A stretch of 64,000 nt of DNA from Hyaloraphidium curvatum SAG 235-1 (Eukaryota; Fungi; Monoblepharomycota), in assembly GCA_025558095.1 (NCBI GenBank), contig JAIVFI010000041.1, positions 408,504 through 472,503 on the forward strand, read 5' to 3'. The stretch's first letter is position 1, and each line of letters begins with the position of its first letter. Positions 21,311 to 34,453 of this stretch are shown one piece after another. A program made the translations under genes and the position numbers. The notes below the pieces were generated by a model, which saw only the letters and a program-made list of their open reading frames with translations, was not told the origin of the DNA and searched no databases.

Positions 21311-24300
21311 CTACCCGATCCCCTCGGCATCGTCGTCATCGTCATCCGGATCCGAGTCATCCCCCCCTGCGAGGTGGTGCGGGAACGGCTGTGGATCCCC
21401 AGGCCAGGCCCCGGGCGGTGCGGGTCCGATGCCCCACCGCCGCGCGCCCGGGGTCAGCTGAAAGTACGGGATGGCCCCGCGGTTGAAGCAGTGGAAAATG
21501 GCCCTGTAACCGGTGTTGCCGCCGCCGATCGTGTCCCGCTCGAAGAAGAAGCGCCGCATGTTGCCGGCGTGGCCGGCGGGCGGGTCGACAAGGTGCTCGT
21601 GGCCAGGGCCGGCGGGCCGATCGCACCTCTTGAGCCGGTGGGTCTTGTGGTTGTGGTCTGCGCGATCGACCTCGTGAGCGGGAATCGAGGCCGCGCAGAG
21701 AGGAAGCACCCACCGACGTCGCGATCCGGGCACTCCGAAGCCCACCGGTTCGAGGTCAGGCAGAAGTTGCGGTGCCGGTGGTGCCCCTTGACCCGCCGCC
21801 GCTCCCACCTGTCGCGAGACGGCCACGATGAGCTCACGACAAGAAAGAACGAGAGCGCAGCAAACTCACACGTGGTCCCGCGGGCACTTGGTCTTCGAAA
21901 CCGTGGTCGCGCGCAGCCGGTGCCCGTGACCCCCGGTCCGGATGTTGTCCAGGAGGCAGGCGTTCGAGGTGCGCTGGTCCGGCACGAATCCCACCGTCGC
22001 GCCCTGGCACGCCATCCACCGCACGATACTCTGCGGCGACGGAGACGGTTAACGAGGGCGGTGTCGGCTCTCGTTCAAGTGCGACCCACGAATTGGCCTG
22101 TCTGGGCGACGGGCCCGTTCCACATCCACCGAGGGAGGTCAAAGACGTGCAGCGCGGCCCTGAACGGGCTGATCGGGCGCCGATACTCGGGATAGCGGGT
22201 GTCGGCGGGGCCCCGCTTTGTTGGGTCGAACTGCTGCGAGACCAGCCGGAACTTTTGCCGCCGCAGCTTTGGAACGGAGCGGAGGTGGAAGAGCTCGGGC
22301 TCGTCGAGCTCGCGGGGCTCGCCGATGTTGTCCCGGGCCGCGCGGTAAGTGTTGGGGTACTGCAGAGGGGCGGTAGTGAGAGACTGCGGAGGCAGCGAGG
22401 GAGCTGCTGGAACCCACCATCACTCCCCTCTTCCACAGCGCCGTGAGCTGCGCCGCGCGGCCCTTGTTGACCTTGAGCTCGTACACGAGCTGCATGTGGA
22501 GCTTCGAGTAGAAAAAGTCGCGGATGCTGGCAAGGCGCGGCGGTGAGCCGCGTTGGGGAGGGGCGGCGAAAGGCGGTCGAAACCCACGAGGCCTGCACCC
22601 TGTACTTGATGGTCTGGTAGAAAAACATCTCCCGCGGGTCGGGCTGCTGGAGGAACTGGCGCTTGAGGCCCTTCAGCATCTCAATCGCCTCTGCGCGATC
22701 GCGAAGATGGTCAGCGGGGCAAAGGAGCAGCAACGAGGTCGGAAAACCCACGGCTGACGGGAAGCTGGCCGGGGGGCGGGTCGTGCGCCGCCCGAGCGAC
22801 CTTGTTCTCGAGGTGGTTGAATCGCGCCTGGCCTGTGAGGTGGCTGGGAAGGAGGAAGTCGAAGTCAGCTCCAGTGCCGAACCGAGAGCGTCGTCGGGAT
22901 CCTCACTACATGAGACGGCCCGGGAGCGTGCGGATGTAAGAGTCTCGCTGCCGCTTGGCGTTCCTGACGGCGACGACGTTGGTTGGGTCGACGGGCGCGG
23001 GCTGCTGCCGGTAGAACAAGTCCATGTCGACCTCCTGGATCGAATTTTTCTCCCCTGGAAAGGTCCGTCAGAGCACTCTCGTCCCGTCCAACGGAGCACA
23101 CCCACCAAAGTCGTTGCCGAGGATCTTGCAGTCCAGGCCGAGCACCCACGTCGCCGCCGGCGTTCCAGGACAGCTGTAAAAGTTGATCATCTGCCCCTCG
23201 GTGGCCTGCGCCGGCGGCGTCGGCCACGGGTACAGCGGCTTGCGCCGCTTCTTGTAGAACTCGGCCATGGTGTACGCGAAGCGGCCTTCGAAGTGGGGCG
23301 TCAGCATGGCCTTCCTCGGCCCAATCAACGACCAGGCTCACGTCGGTAGTGAGGATCCGTCTTCTTGAGCACATTCTTGGTCCGCAGGAAGGCCATGATC
23401 TGCGAGTGCTTGCTGTCGGTACTGAACCGCCAAAAGGTCACCGCAATTGGACGACCTGGTCGATGTGCGCGTGAGCAGACTTCGAGCTCGCCAGAACCAC
23501 CGCGGCGCTCACCTCCGCGGGCCTCGTTGCCCTTGTTGTAGGTCATGACCATCGGCTTGCGGATGCACTGCGCGAGAGTGAACTGCGGCTCGTCGCGCAC
23601 CTCGATGCGCACGGCGCGGCTGCGTTTGGCGGAGAAGAGGAGGTCGAGAAGGCGGTTCTCCATCATCTTGTGCTGGGCGGCGTTGCCGGCGTTGAAGATT
23701 TCCGAGTCGGAAAACTGCGTACGCGCCGCGTGGCGATCGACATAGCGGGGCACGAGCGGGGAGAGGAAGCCGACCGGCAAAATAGGGTTGTTGGCGTCGT
23801 CGTCCTGGAGGTCGGTGCGGTTCAGATGGACCAGGATCCGGGCAGCGATCTTGCCGTCAAATTTGACTTCGTCTGCTCGGCGCATTGAGCGGGAAGGAGC
23901 AGAACGACGGCGACGCTCAACACCTACACGGCTCCCGCTTGGCGGAAAGGTTGAGCAGACGAAGCGGCGCCTTGGGCTTGACCCATTGCGGGTGATTGGC
24001 CGACTCGTACTCGACGGGAACGATGTACGACATGAAGCTGGGCACGTCGTCGATCGTGAGCCGCCAAAACGCCGACGTGGGCAGAGGAGACCTACTTGAC
24101 GAGCGTGCGAAGCTTCGACGCCGCCTCGGGGAACTTGCGGATCACGTAGCTCCAGTCGCCAGCCGTCCGCCAGTCCTCGAGCGTCTCCACGGTCGGCTCC
24201 ACCGCCGAGTCCCACGGCGCGACGGTGGTGCCCTCCAAGACGAAGCTAAGGTAGTAGCGAAAACGGCTGCAAGGCAGCAAAGGGATCAGCGCCTTCAGTC

Positions 24301-25770
24301 GACCATGTGCGGCCAGCGGAGAGACCCACAGAAACCAGCCGGCGATGCGGCGGCGGACGTTGGGGAAACCGGGGCCGTCCGCATTGACGGTCACGCCGTC
24401 AAAGTAAAGCCTCCACATGGCGGGGCAGACGAAGACGAACTGCTTTCCCTTGACGGCCCTGGGCTTGTTCCCGAGGGTCAGCCGTTCGGCTGGCGAAACG
24501 GGCAGGGATCGGTGAGCCGCCGCTGGAACGAGACGACGAGCGAGGCGTACCCATACGAATCCGCTGCGCCAGGGGAATGTGCGTGGTGTCGGCGCTGTCC
24601 TTGAGCAGCGCAAAAAAGCACCTATACATCCATGATTCAAAGTTGGCGGCGTAGTCGTTGCGGGCGTCTGCGGCGGCACAGTCAGGGCCAACAAGGCTCG
24701 CAACGGCTCCGCAGCAGCCCACCCTTGGCCATCTCCACCGACATGGGCCTGTAGACCTCCTTGGACGGAAGGAAGGGAAACTTCTGCTCCGCAACGGGCA
24801 ACGGGTCCGTCCACTCCGGCCGCATCTGGCCGTCGGCGCCGGCCCTGCCCTCCATGAGCACCGTCGGCGCGGGGTCCGGGAATTGTTGGTTGGCCGGCCA
24901 CGCTGAGGAGAAGTAGGGATAAGCGACGCGAGATACCGACGTTGAAGAGCCCACATGGATTGACACAAGCACCAGGGACCCAGATGCGCTGGTAGTAGCG
25001 CTCCAGAGGCCGGATCCACGGTGCTCGCCATCCGGGAGCAGAACGTCCGACGCCTGTCTCGACCGGGACCCCTGCGCATGTTGTCAGCAGTGAAGGATCG
25101 CGGGCGAGGTCAGCACCCACTTGGCGCGCCTCGGTGGCACATCATGAGCGCCTCGAAAAACATCTCCCCGTGGTCGAGCACGCGGAAGGAGCTGCCGACG
25201 TTGACGTGGTGCGGCGGCTTGAGCGGGTCGTCGACTGTGAAACATGCAATTAGGCAGAGGAACGACGACGGAACGCCGGAAAACCGACCGGTCGCGGCGA
25301 GGATGTTGTAGTCCGTGTTCCAATCCAACATGGCTGTCGGATCGTTCATCAAGACGTTGTACGCCCAGGTGTCGATGGGCGTCGCGGGGCGCTCGTCGGG
25401 CAGGCCTGTGAAGGCCGTCCAGTCTGTGCGGGGGGCGGAAAGGAGGAGAGATCAGCAACGTAGTACGACAAGAGCGGAGGGAGAACGAACCCCGAGGTAC
25501 GTAGGCTTGGCCGTCCCACCGTAGAAGCCCAAACTCGGGCAGCGCGGCGAGCCGGTTCGTCTCGTACCGGAAGAAGGAATACAGCAGATCCATCGCCCGC
25601 ATCCGGGCGTCCGAGGTGACATGGACGAGCATGCCGCACACGCCGGAGACGGCGCGCCGGTCTTGCCGCCGGGGGCCGAAGGTCTCGCGGTTGAGGTTGC
25701 TGGTAATGTCCCCCAGCGGGTGGCCCGCCGCGTAGCCCCAGGACCCGCGGTTCTTGTTTGGTGTCGACAT
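21311..25770 (-). CDS. Large multi-exon orphan protein of unknown function
   Basis: Chain of W/F/Y-rich coding-like minus-strand segments separated by short GT-AG gaps, with an acidic C-terminus. No recognised motif; exon structure not fully resolved. Confidence 0.55.
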
Positions 25771-26582
25771 GTCAAAGCTGCCTAGAGGTCCGTGGCCAAG
25801 CCGCCCACGACCGACGTGGCAGGGGGCGGCGGAGCGAGGAGGTGTCGGCCGGGGCTGCGCCCCAGCAGTGATGCCGAGCTCGACGCCTGCGAATGATGGG
25901 CCGCGTTAGCGTTGAGTACCGTGGAGGAAGAAGGGCGCTCTCGCGCCGGAGCCGGCGGACGACGCGCCGACCGACTGCGCGGGCGGAACGGTGAAACCGC
26001 GCGTCCGAGCGCGTCGCGGGCGCGGAGTAACGGCGGCGACAGTGGTTCCGCCGCCGCAAGGCGCCCACGGCGCGTACTCACGGCCGATGTTCACGGCTAG
26101 AGATGGGGGGAGACGAACGGGGTGTTCGGATTCCGCGCGTAGACCAGCGGCTGGCGCGGGAAGCCTCGAAGTTGCCACCCGGAATCCCCCTTTACGGTCC
26201 TGAGCAGATAAAGAAACGGACATAAAAGAAAGCGAAGTTATCATCTTCCATCTGCACTTTTGTTTTCCGTTACTGCTTTGGTAACATCCTGCCTAGTTGC
26301 CGAAGGGAAGAGGAGTCCGAACTGCTTCCTCCGGGACGGCCACCACCGGGCTGAAGACATGGTACTTTGTTGATGGATCTACTCCGAAAGCTCTGGTTCC
26401 GTCGTCGCTGACCGTCCTCCGGGACCGTTTCGGCGAAATGGATTTAGGGGACCGCCCAAGGCCCAGGCCCCGCCCGGCCGACAGCCCCGCTGCCTTCCCA
26501 CCTGACCGAAAGTGCCCCTCGCCGCCAGCGAGTGAGGTGTCATCGACGGGCGTGCCTGCGGGCAACGGAGCGACCTGCAGGC

Positions 26583-28962
26583 ATGGCGCCGTGGGACCCC
26601 GGCGGCGGGGACGCGGTGGTTCGGGCGTCGCATGACGAGGACCACGAACCGGGTCCCGAACACGAGAACTGGTGCGTCGGACCTGTTTCTACCGGGAACA
26701 GGCTCAAGCTCACTCTCCCTTTTGCAGCGGGCCGTGTTTCAAGGACAAAAAGCGCTGCTCGTTCTCGGCACCACCTCCTTCGGCCTGCGACCGTTGCAGA
26801 AGGGCCGGCCGCGCGTGCACCGAACGGGACAAATCCGTTTCGCGCCGGGCGCTGGAGAGGATCAAGAAGCAGAATCGCCACCGGACTGGACCGCCCGAGG
26901 GCCGCGTGGTCCGCAGGAAACCGAACTTCAAGCCCCTGCCACTGCCGCCGCTGCCGCCCCCGTCACCGCCACGGCAGTGGCCTCCCGTGGCTTCTTGCCC
27001 CCTCTCGCCTGTACGCACTAATGGCGTGTCGCCACCGGCAATCCTACCGGGCCGGCCGTCCCCCCCTTATGTCGGCCCATCGCCGTCTCGGGGCATCGGT
27101 TCGCCGGCTTCCACCTCTCTTCCCATGGAGCCAGGTGAGCACGCGCTGCCTCCGGATCTTGGTCTGCTACTCACATACTCCACAGACTACCTAGTGTTAC
27201 CCTGCGTTGCCCACTTTTGGTCGGACTACCACAAGCTCTTCCCGGTCATCCACCGCGCCTCCTTCGAGGCCGCGTTTGCGCCAAACACCAATTCTGAACT
27301 CTATGGACCGAACCCCCCTCTTTCCCTCCTCTTTGCCTTGGCGGCAACCGGTGCCCGGACGTTGGAACTTGGCCTTTCCGACATGGACAAGGCGAGGCTC
27401 GGCCGCGCCTACTGCGAGAGGTCGCGGGACTTGCTCCTGGCGGGCTACTTCGGCGCGGACCCGACTCGCAGGCCGATCGGCGATCTCGAAGCCCTGCAGA
27501 CGCTCGTCGTGCTGCTGAACGTGCTCCTCGGCGCGGGGATGCTCGACCGGACGACCGGGGCCATGTTGCGCGAGGCGGCGGGGCTGGTGGGAAGGCTCCT
27601 CGACCTGGATGCCTTGGGAGGTCCCCTTGACAAGGTGCCGGGAAGCGCGACTGACTGGATTCGGGCGGAATCGGCGCTGCGGGCGTGGATCGCCGTGGCA
27701 TCATTCGACGTGTGGGTTGCCGGGCCCGAAGCAATTGTCGCTCTGCTATTTTTGACCTTCCCGCACAGGCCGTGGTCCTACTTCGTAGAACGTATGCCGC
27801 TCCTGGACTTTTTCCCGAGGCGGCCGTTCCGCCTCCCCTGCCACGAGTCATATTTTGACAATCCGGACCCCAAGACGGCCTTCTTTGCGCTCTTTCTGTC
27901 CCCTTTGTCGGCGCCGTCGGGTGCTTTGGTGGACTTTGGGCCCTTTTTCCGGGCTGTGGACCTCGAAGCGGGCTCTCGGCTGGTCCGGCAGCTCGTCGAA
28001 CCCGTCTTCTCGGGGCGGGCCTCCGTGCACGCGCTGTGGTACCTGAGCATGTTCTTCAGGAGCCTGCGCCACCGCATCAGGCACCAGGCCGTTCAGAACA
28101 ACGTCAATCCTCTTGCCACGCTGGGCCGGCCGCCTTCGGAGCTCACCGCCGCGGAGATGGCGTTCGTCGCTCAGACCAGGCTGTTTGACCACATGGTCAA
28201 CGCAACGTACTCCTCTCTACCGACGGCGTACGCGCCCGATCTCTGGCAGGGCGACGCTGTCGCCTTCCTCTCCTCCTGGCGGCTGTGGTTCTGCCTCGAA
28301 GGCCATGCCTTCCACGCCGTTGCGATGCTCGCAGCCATTCGGAGCTACTCCCTCGAGCACCTCTTCCTGCGCGACGGCGCCGCCCCGGAAGCTGGCGCCT
28401 CGCTCCTCCACTCCCCTGACTTCGTGCCCATACTCGAGGGCGGCATCGCGTTCGTGCGCCTCCTGGCAAGCCAGCTGGGGGCAGACCCCCAGGGCAGGCA
28501 CCTGCATTTCGGGAACGCCATGCCGGCGTTCAGGGTCGCGGGGATGAACCTCGCGGCGATCGCGGTGCTGCGAGCTTCGCCGCGCGCGGCCGAGGCTGAC
28601 GCGAGCCCGTACGCTGACGACCTGAGGGTCATTCTTCGGTTCATGGAGACGGTGGGGAAGCACTACGGCGTCATGCGTGGGTCATTGCTTTCCAGTTCGC
28701 GCGTTCGCGTAGGCTCAGCCGTCGTTCCGCAGCGCGCCGCGTGGCGGACAACTTCCGGTGCACTCTGCTTGCAGCCGGCATCGGCACCGCTGCGCCGGTG
28801 CACTCCGCGCCCCAGGTTGAGGAGGTCGAGGTGCCATCCGAGGACCTGGCAGACTCGGGGACCTTCCGCCCGGCCGCGGACCCGAGCAGCCCCGGGAGGA
28901 CTTACGCGGAGCTGATGACCGAGGCGGACAGGGTGGGGAGGAAGTGGAGCGCGGTTCCGTAG
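26583..28962 (+). CDS. Zn(II)2Cys6 transcription factor (paralog 2, tandem copy 1)
   Basis: An intron splits the first Cys codon, giving C-GPCFKDKKRC...CDRCRRAGRAC; HRASFEAAF, GDLEALQ and LPCHE motifs; ends RKWSAVP*. Confidence 0.88.
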
Positions 28963-29271
28963 CGCACTTTGCAATGCGGTTGGGACGAAGATCTCACCCC
29001 CATTCCACCTTGCTTGGTCGCATTTCCTTGCTGGATGAGGGTGTCATCGATCTATCCGCATGGGCCTTCCACATCGTTTCCGACCTGGGGACACCGCGCC
29101 GGCTCTCATCATATGGCGCGATGCCCTATGACGAAGTAAGATGTGTTGAGGCCTGGACTTGAGGGACCGATCCGTTTCCTTGTGACTCCGCGAAAGGGCC
29201 CAGCCCCCGCGCGCTCGGGGCCGCCCGTCGCCGCCGACATGCCTTGGCCGAGTCCGCGTGTGTCCGACGCC

Positions 29272-31615
29272 ATGGCGGCGTGGGGCGTGGGCCGAGCGGT
29301 CGCGCTGGCGCTTCCTGGAACGGACCCGCGGGGAACCTGGTGCGCCGCTGTGGCCGCCACCGACCTCCATGGACTATCTGACCTCGCCCTCGCCAGCTTT
29401 CGTTGTTTCAAGGACAAGAAGCGGTGTTCGTTCTCGGCAGCGCCGCCGGCGGGCTGCGACCGCTGCACCAAGTCCGGCAAGGTGTGCACCGAAAGGGACA
29501 AGTCGGTCACGCGGAAGGACCTGGAGACGATCAGGAAACAGGGTGCCAGCGGGCCGGCACCTCCCAACGTTGTCGGCGGGCCTCCTTTCTTGCCGACGGT
29601 TCGGCAACTGCCGTCACCGCCGCCGCCTTGGTCGCCGCCACCTGTGCCGGGTTTCGCTCTTCGAGTTGCGGGCCCACTGACGCCGCGGGTCTCGGTCGAC
29701 GCGCCCTTGCCATTGTTATGCCTCCAATCGCCGTCGCGGACCATCACATGGCCTGCCTCCACCTCTCCGGCCGTGGAACCAGGTGGATCTGAACCACCCC
29801 TTGCTCGGACTCCCCGCTGACCAGTCTCACAGACTCCCTGGTGCTAGCCTGCCTCACCCATTTCTGGTCGGATTACCACAAACTGTATCCCATCATCCAC
29901 CGCGCCTCGTTCGAAGCCGCTTTCGCGCCGAACGCCGCCTCTCCGCTGTACGGGCCGAGGCCGCCGTTGGCCCTTCTGTTTGCAATGGCTGCTATCGGAG
30001 CTCGGACCTCGGCGCTGGGTCTCTCGGAAATGGACAAGACGAAGCTCTGTCGGGCATATTGCGAGACGTCTCGCGACCTGATCTTGGCCGGGCACTTCGG
30101 CAGCGACCCTTCGCAACGACCAATCGGGGACCTCGAGGCCCTCCAGACCCTTCTCATGCTGCTGCAGGTGTTCGTCGGCGCGGGCATCCTGGGAGCGACG
30201 GCGGGGGCCATGCTGCGCGAGGCCGCGGGGCTTGTGGGGAGGCTTCGAATTCTCGACCTCGATGGCCTGCAACCGGGCAATGTCCCGCAGAGTACGGCGG
30301 AATGGATTCGGATGGAGTCGGTGCTGCGGGCGTGGATCACGGTGTCGGCATATGATGTGTGGGTTTACGGGCCCTGTTCCCGACTCAATCGCGCATCGCG
30401 CTCACTGCATCGCAGGCCTTTCTCGTACTTTGCGGATCGGGAGCCTCTTCTGGACTTCTTCCCGCCCCGTCCCTTCCCCCTCCCCTGCCACGAATCGTAC
30501 TATGACAATCCGGACCCCGAAGGGGCCTTCTTTGCCCTCTTCCTCTCGCCCACGTCGGCGCCGCAGTGGACATGGGTGGACTTTGCTCCCTTTTTCCGGT
30601 CTCCGGACACGGATGCGGGCTCTCGGCTGGTCCGGCAGCTCGTCGAGCCCGTCTTCTCGGGGCGGGCCTCCGTGCACGCGCTGTGGTACCTGAGCATGTT
30701 CTTCAGGAGCCTGCGCCACCGGATCAGGCATCTGGTCGTGGTCAAGAACCTGGATCCCCTGTCGACGGTGGGCCGCCCGACTTCGGAGCTGGCGGCGGCG
30801 GAGACGGCCTTCGTCGCACAGACCAAGCTGTTCGACCACATGGTCGGCGTCGCCCACGCGTCGGTTCCGGCTCCGTACGGTGCACAGCTGTGGCAGGGCG
30901 ACGCGCTGTCTTTCCTCTCCTCCTGGCACCTCTTCTTCGCCCAGGAAGGCCATGCCTTCCAAGCCGTTTTCTGCCTCGCTTCCCTCAGGAGCTACACCCT
31001 CGAGCACTTCTTCCTCCGCGACGGTTCCGCCCACGACGCCGGCGCCTCCCTCCTTCGCTCGCCGGACTTCGTCCCATTGCTCGAGGCCGGCATCGCCTTC
31101 GTCGGCCTCCTGGCGAGCCAGCTCGGTGCCGACCCGGAAGGCAGGCACTTCCACTTTGGCAACGCGATGCCGACGCTGCGGGTCGCGGGGATGAACCTCG
31201 CCGCGATCGCGGTCCTGCGGGCTTCCCCTCGCGCCGTCGAGGTGGACGCTAGCCCGTACGCGGACGATCTGAGGGTCATTCTGCGGTTCCTGGAGACCGT
31301 CGGGAAGCACTACGGCGTCATGAGTGGGTTGCGCCCCCTTGCCGCGGAATCAACACCCGCTCGTCTTGACGCCCTCCATCCCCAGCCCGCCGCACGGCGA
31401 GCAACTTCCGGCGCACCCTGGTCGCGGCAGGCATCTCCACGGCCGCTCCGCCGCACCCGTCGGCACATGTGGAGGAGGCGGAGGTGCCGTCCGAGGAGCT
31501 GGGTCAGTCGGGGACCTTCCGCCCCGCCGCGGACCCGAGCAGCCCGGGGAGGACGTACGCCGAACTGATGACCGAGGCGGACAGGGTCGGCAGGAAGTGG
31601 AGCGCGGTCCCATAG
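29272..31615 (+). CDS. Zn(II)2Cys6 transcription factor (paralog 3, tandem copy 2)
   Basis: Same first intron position; C-FRCFKDKKRC...CDRCTKSGKVC; highly similar to 26583-28962, with the same RKWSAVP* end. Confidence 0.88.
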
Positions 31616-31715
31616 CGGTCTGTGGGCAACAGGCGACATCGACTTTCGAAATACGGTCTGTTTCCTCTCTTCCTGTACAACAATTCCCGTCGATCCATCC
31701 GTGTCTCTCCTTGGG

Positions 31716-33863
31716 TCAGTAGTAGCGCATGCCCGCGGGCGTCATCCCCTGCTGGCCCGCGTACAAGATGCCCGACGGCGCGGCGTAGTCGGGCGCCAGC
31801 ATCCCCCCCCCGTAGTACCCCTCGGGCCCCTTGTCGTACCCGTCCTTCCACTCGGGGGGCACCAGCTTCTCCTCCATCCCATCGTCGTTGTTCCGCTTCC
31901 TCGACCGCCGCCTCCGCGCGATGAGCAGGAAGACGATCGCCGCGACGACCACCAGGAACAGCAGCGACGTGGTGGCGCCGACCGAGGCGATGATCACCAC
32001 GCGGGTCTGCGCGGCGGCGATGGCGGCCTGCTCCTCGGGGGTCAGCTGGCCCGGCACCCGCGACGGGGTGGCGGTCGTGCCCGGGGCGGCCGCGGTGGTC
32101 GCCGCGGGGGGGAGCTCGGGGTTGGGGGGGACGGTGAGGGCCGCCTGGGCGTCGGTGGAGACGCGGGAGGATTGCCGCAGGGCGGGGGCGGGGACGCGGA
32201 TGTCCCTTGCGAGGAGGCGGCGCCGGCGCTGGCCCGAGGAGGAGACCGAGTCGAAGTAGATGCGGAAGGAGGCGTAGAATGTGTAGTCCTGGGTTACGCA
32301 GTAAGCACCGATCGCATCCAGCAGGGGCACATGTGAGCACTCACAGTTATGGAGTCAAAGTCGTCCGTGGTCAGGAACGAGTCCTCGTTGACGTCCAGGC
32401 CCGCCGTCGCGGGCAGCATGTTGGGTGTGATCTTCATCTGCACCACGTTGGGATCCGCGGTGGGCAGGTAGGTGAAGTTGGTGTTGACCGCGAGCGTCGT
32501 CAGCGCCCCGAGGCCGGCGGGCCCGGCAGGCGAGTCGACCAGGGTCGTGTTGACGTTGCGCGTGACGTTGGTCGCCGCGCCCAGGTTCGGCGTGCGCTGC
32601 ACCGCGTTGCGGCCCAGGATGAGGTTGGTCAGCCTGGCCTCGTAGATGGGCAGGTCCGGCGAGTTGAACTCGGCGGTGAGCAGCACAGTGTCGCCGAAGA
32701 AGTAGCCCTGCGGCTTGTCCGCGGACATGGTGCCCGTGACCGAGGCCACGGTGTTGTACAGCGCGCTGCACAGGTTCAGCACGAGGGTGCCCTGCGCGTT
32801 GGCCGTGCCGACGAGGGCGTTGGCCGTGAGCACCTTGCCCGAGCAGTCCTGGGTGTTGGCCGCGCCGGGGAAGCAGTTGGTATCGAAGTTGAAGGCGTAC
32901 GCGCCGCCGACCTCGCACTGGTTCCCGATGTCGATGGCGAGCGTGCCGGACTGGTAGCAAAAGTCGTCGGTCGAGAAGGGACCCGCCGTCCCGCCCGTGC
33001 TGGTGCGGAGGCATGTCGGCAGCACATAGTTGACGATGCTGACCTTGCCGCGGTATCCGGGCACCTGGATGTAGCCCGAGTCGGCGTCGAGGGTGAGGTT
33101 GTTCGGCCATCTGTCCAACAGGTGAGGAGCAGTCCCAAGGAGCCCGCAGCGTCCGAGGCCCACCTCGAGAACATGTTAAAGTCGAGGAGCAGCAGGCGTT
33201 GATTGTTGGAATTGTCGAACGTGACTCCCGTGAGGTTGAAGTTCTTGATTCCCGATTCCTCGAGCACCTTGATGTCGGTCTGCACGTTGACCGTGGTGGG
33301 GAAGGCGATGGAGACGGGGTACTGCGAAACGGCCGCCAGTCAGCAATTGGGGCAGCACGATGCGGTCCCGGGGGGCAACCCACGGAGTAGCGTGATGCGG
33401 CCCTCCGCCCGTCCGGGAACCTGTCCTGCCACTCGAGGTAGACCGTGTTGTTGCGGACCTCGTAGCCAGCGCGGCTGGCCGTGTCCGGCGGTGTCCACCC
33501 GCACGTGCGCAGCTGCCGCCATGTTCCCTTGATCACCAGGTCGTTCCGGCACGAGTCCGCGTTCGCGACCTTGGCGGCCAGGCACTGCGCCTTTGTGGGG
33601 TCGCTCCCGAGGTACATTGTCGCCTTGCGGCCGGTCACCTGGCGCGACCACGCGGCAACGGCGATGTCCTGGCGCGTCATGTTGGTCGCCGCGCGGTCGA
33701 CCATCGGCTGCGCCGAGCCGGGCGGCGACGAATCGCAGCCGGGGAGGTCCGCGAGCGCGGCCTCGGCAGACCAGTCGACCGCGCGTCGCCCGAGCGAGTG
33801 CGCGCCGGCGGACCGCGCGCAGAGCACGGCGGCCGCCACCGCGAGCCACGCAGGCGCGCGCAT
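31716..33863 (-). CDS. Type I single-pass cell-surface protein with Cys/beta-rich ectodomain
   Basis: Signal peptide, three introns, an RRRR site ahead of a Pro/Thr stalk, TM VVIIASVGATTSLLFLVVVAAIVFLLIA, basic stop-transfer and Tyr-rich tail. Confidence 0.75.
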
Positions 33864-34453
33864 AGTGGTATGGCGCCCTCAGGGGAGCGGGCTTGGGGAA
33901 TCGGTACGATGCGTCAATGCGGAAGGGGACGCTCTGTGCGGTCCCTACGGCGGGCGGCCCCGGTCCCTAGGACGTGCGTCCTTTCGAACCGGCCGGTGCC
34001 CCGAGACACCGCCGGAACTGGGCCGAAAATGGAAAGACATGGCAATTGCATAGAGTCCTGTCGCAGTGTGCCCCTTTCCCTTTCGTTCCTCGATTGAGCG
34101 TGCTCCGCACGAGAAGTGCAAGTTCGGCCCGCCATCACCCTGCTCGGGAATTCAAATCGTGATTGATGGTGGCGTCCTGCGCGATTAATTGCTGCGTGGT
34201 TTACGCGTCGAATGGGGGATGTTCTGGCATGCCTACGTCGGCCCACCGCCGAAACGACACGACAGCGAACAACCACACAGTCCTTCTCGCTCGCCTTGCC
34301 CCGGCGCAAGCTGACCAGCCGGCTCTTGCGAATGAATAGCACGCCCTTCTCTATGAACCCGTACCAGGGTTCCCTGGCACACGGCCGCGCCTTCCCGGTT
34401 GGCCTCGCGCGAGAAGCCTCCCCGGTAGAGAGCGGACAGTCCAAGCGAACGCG

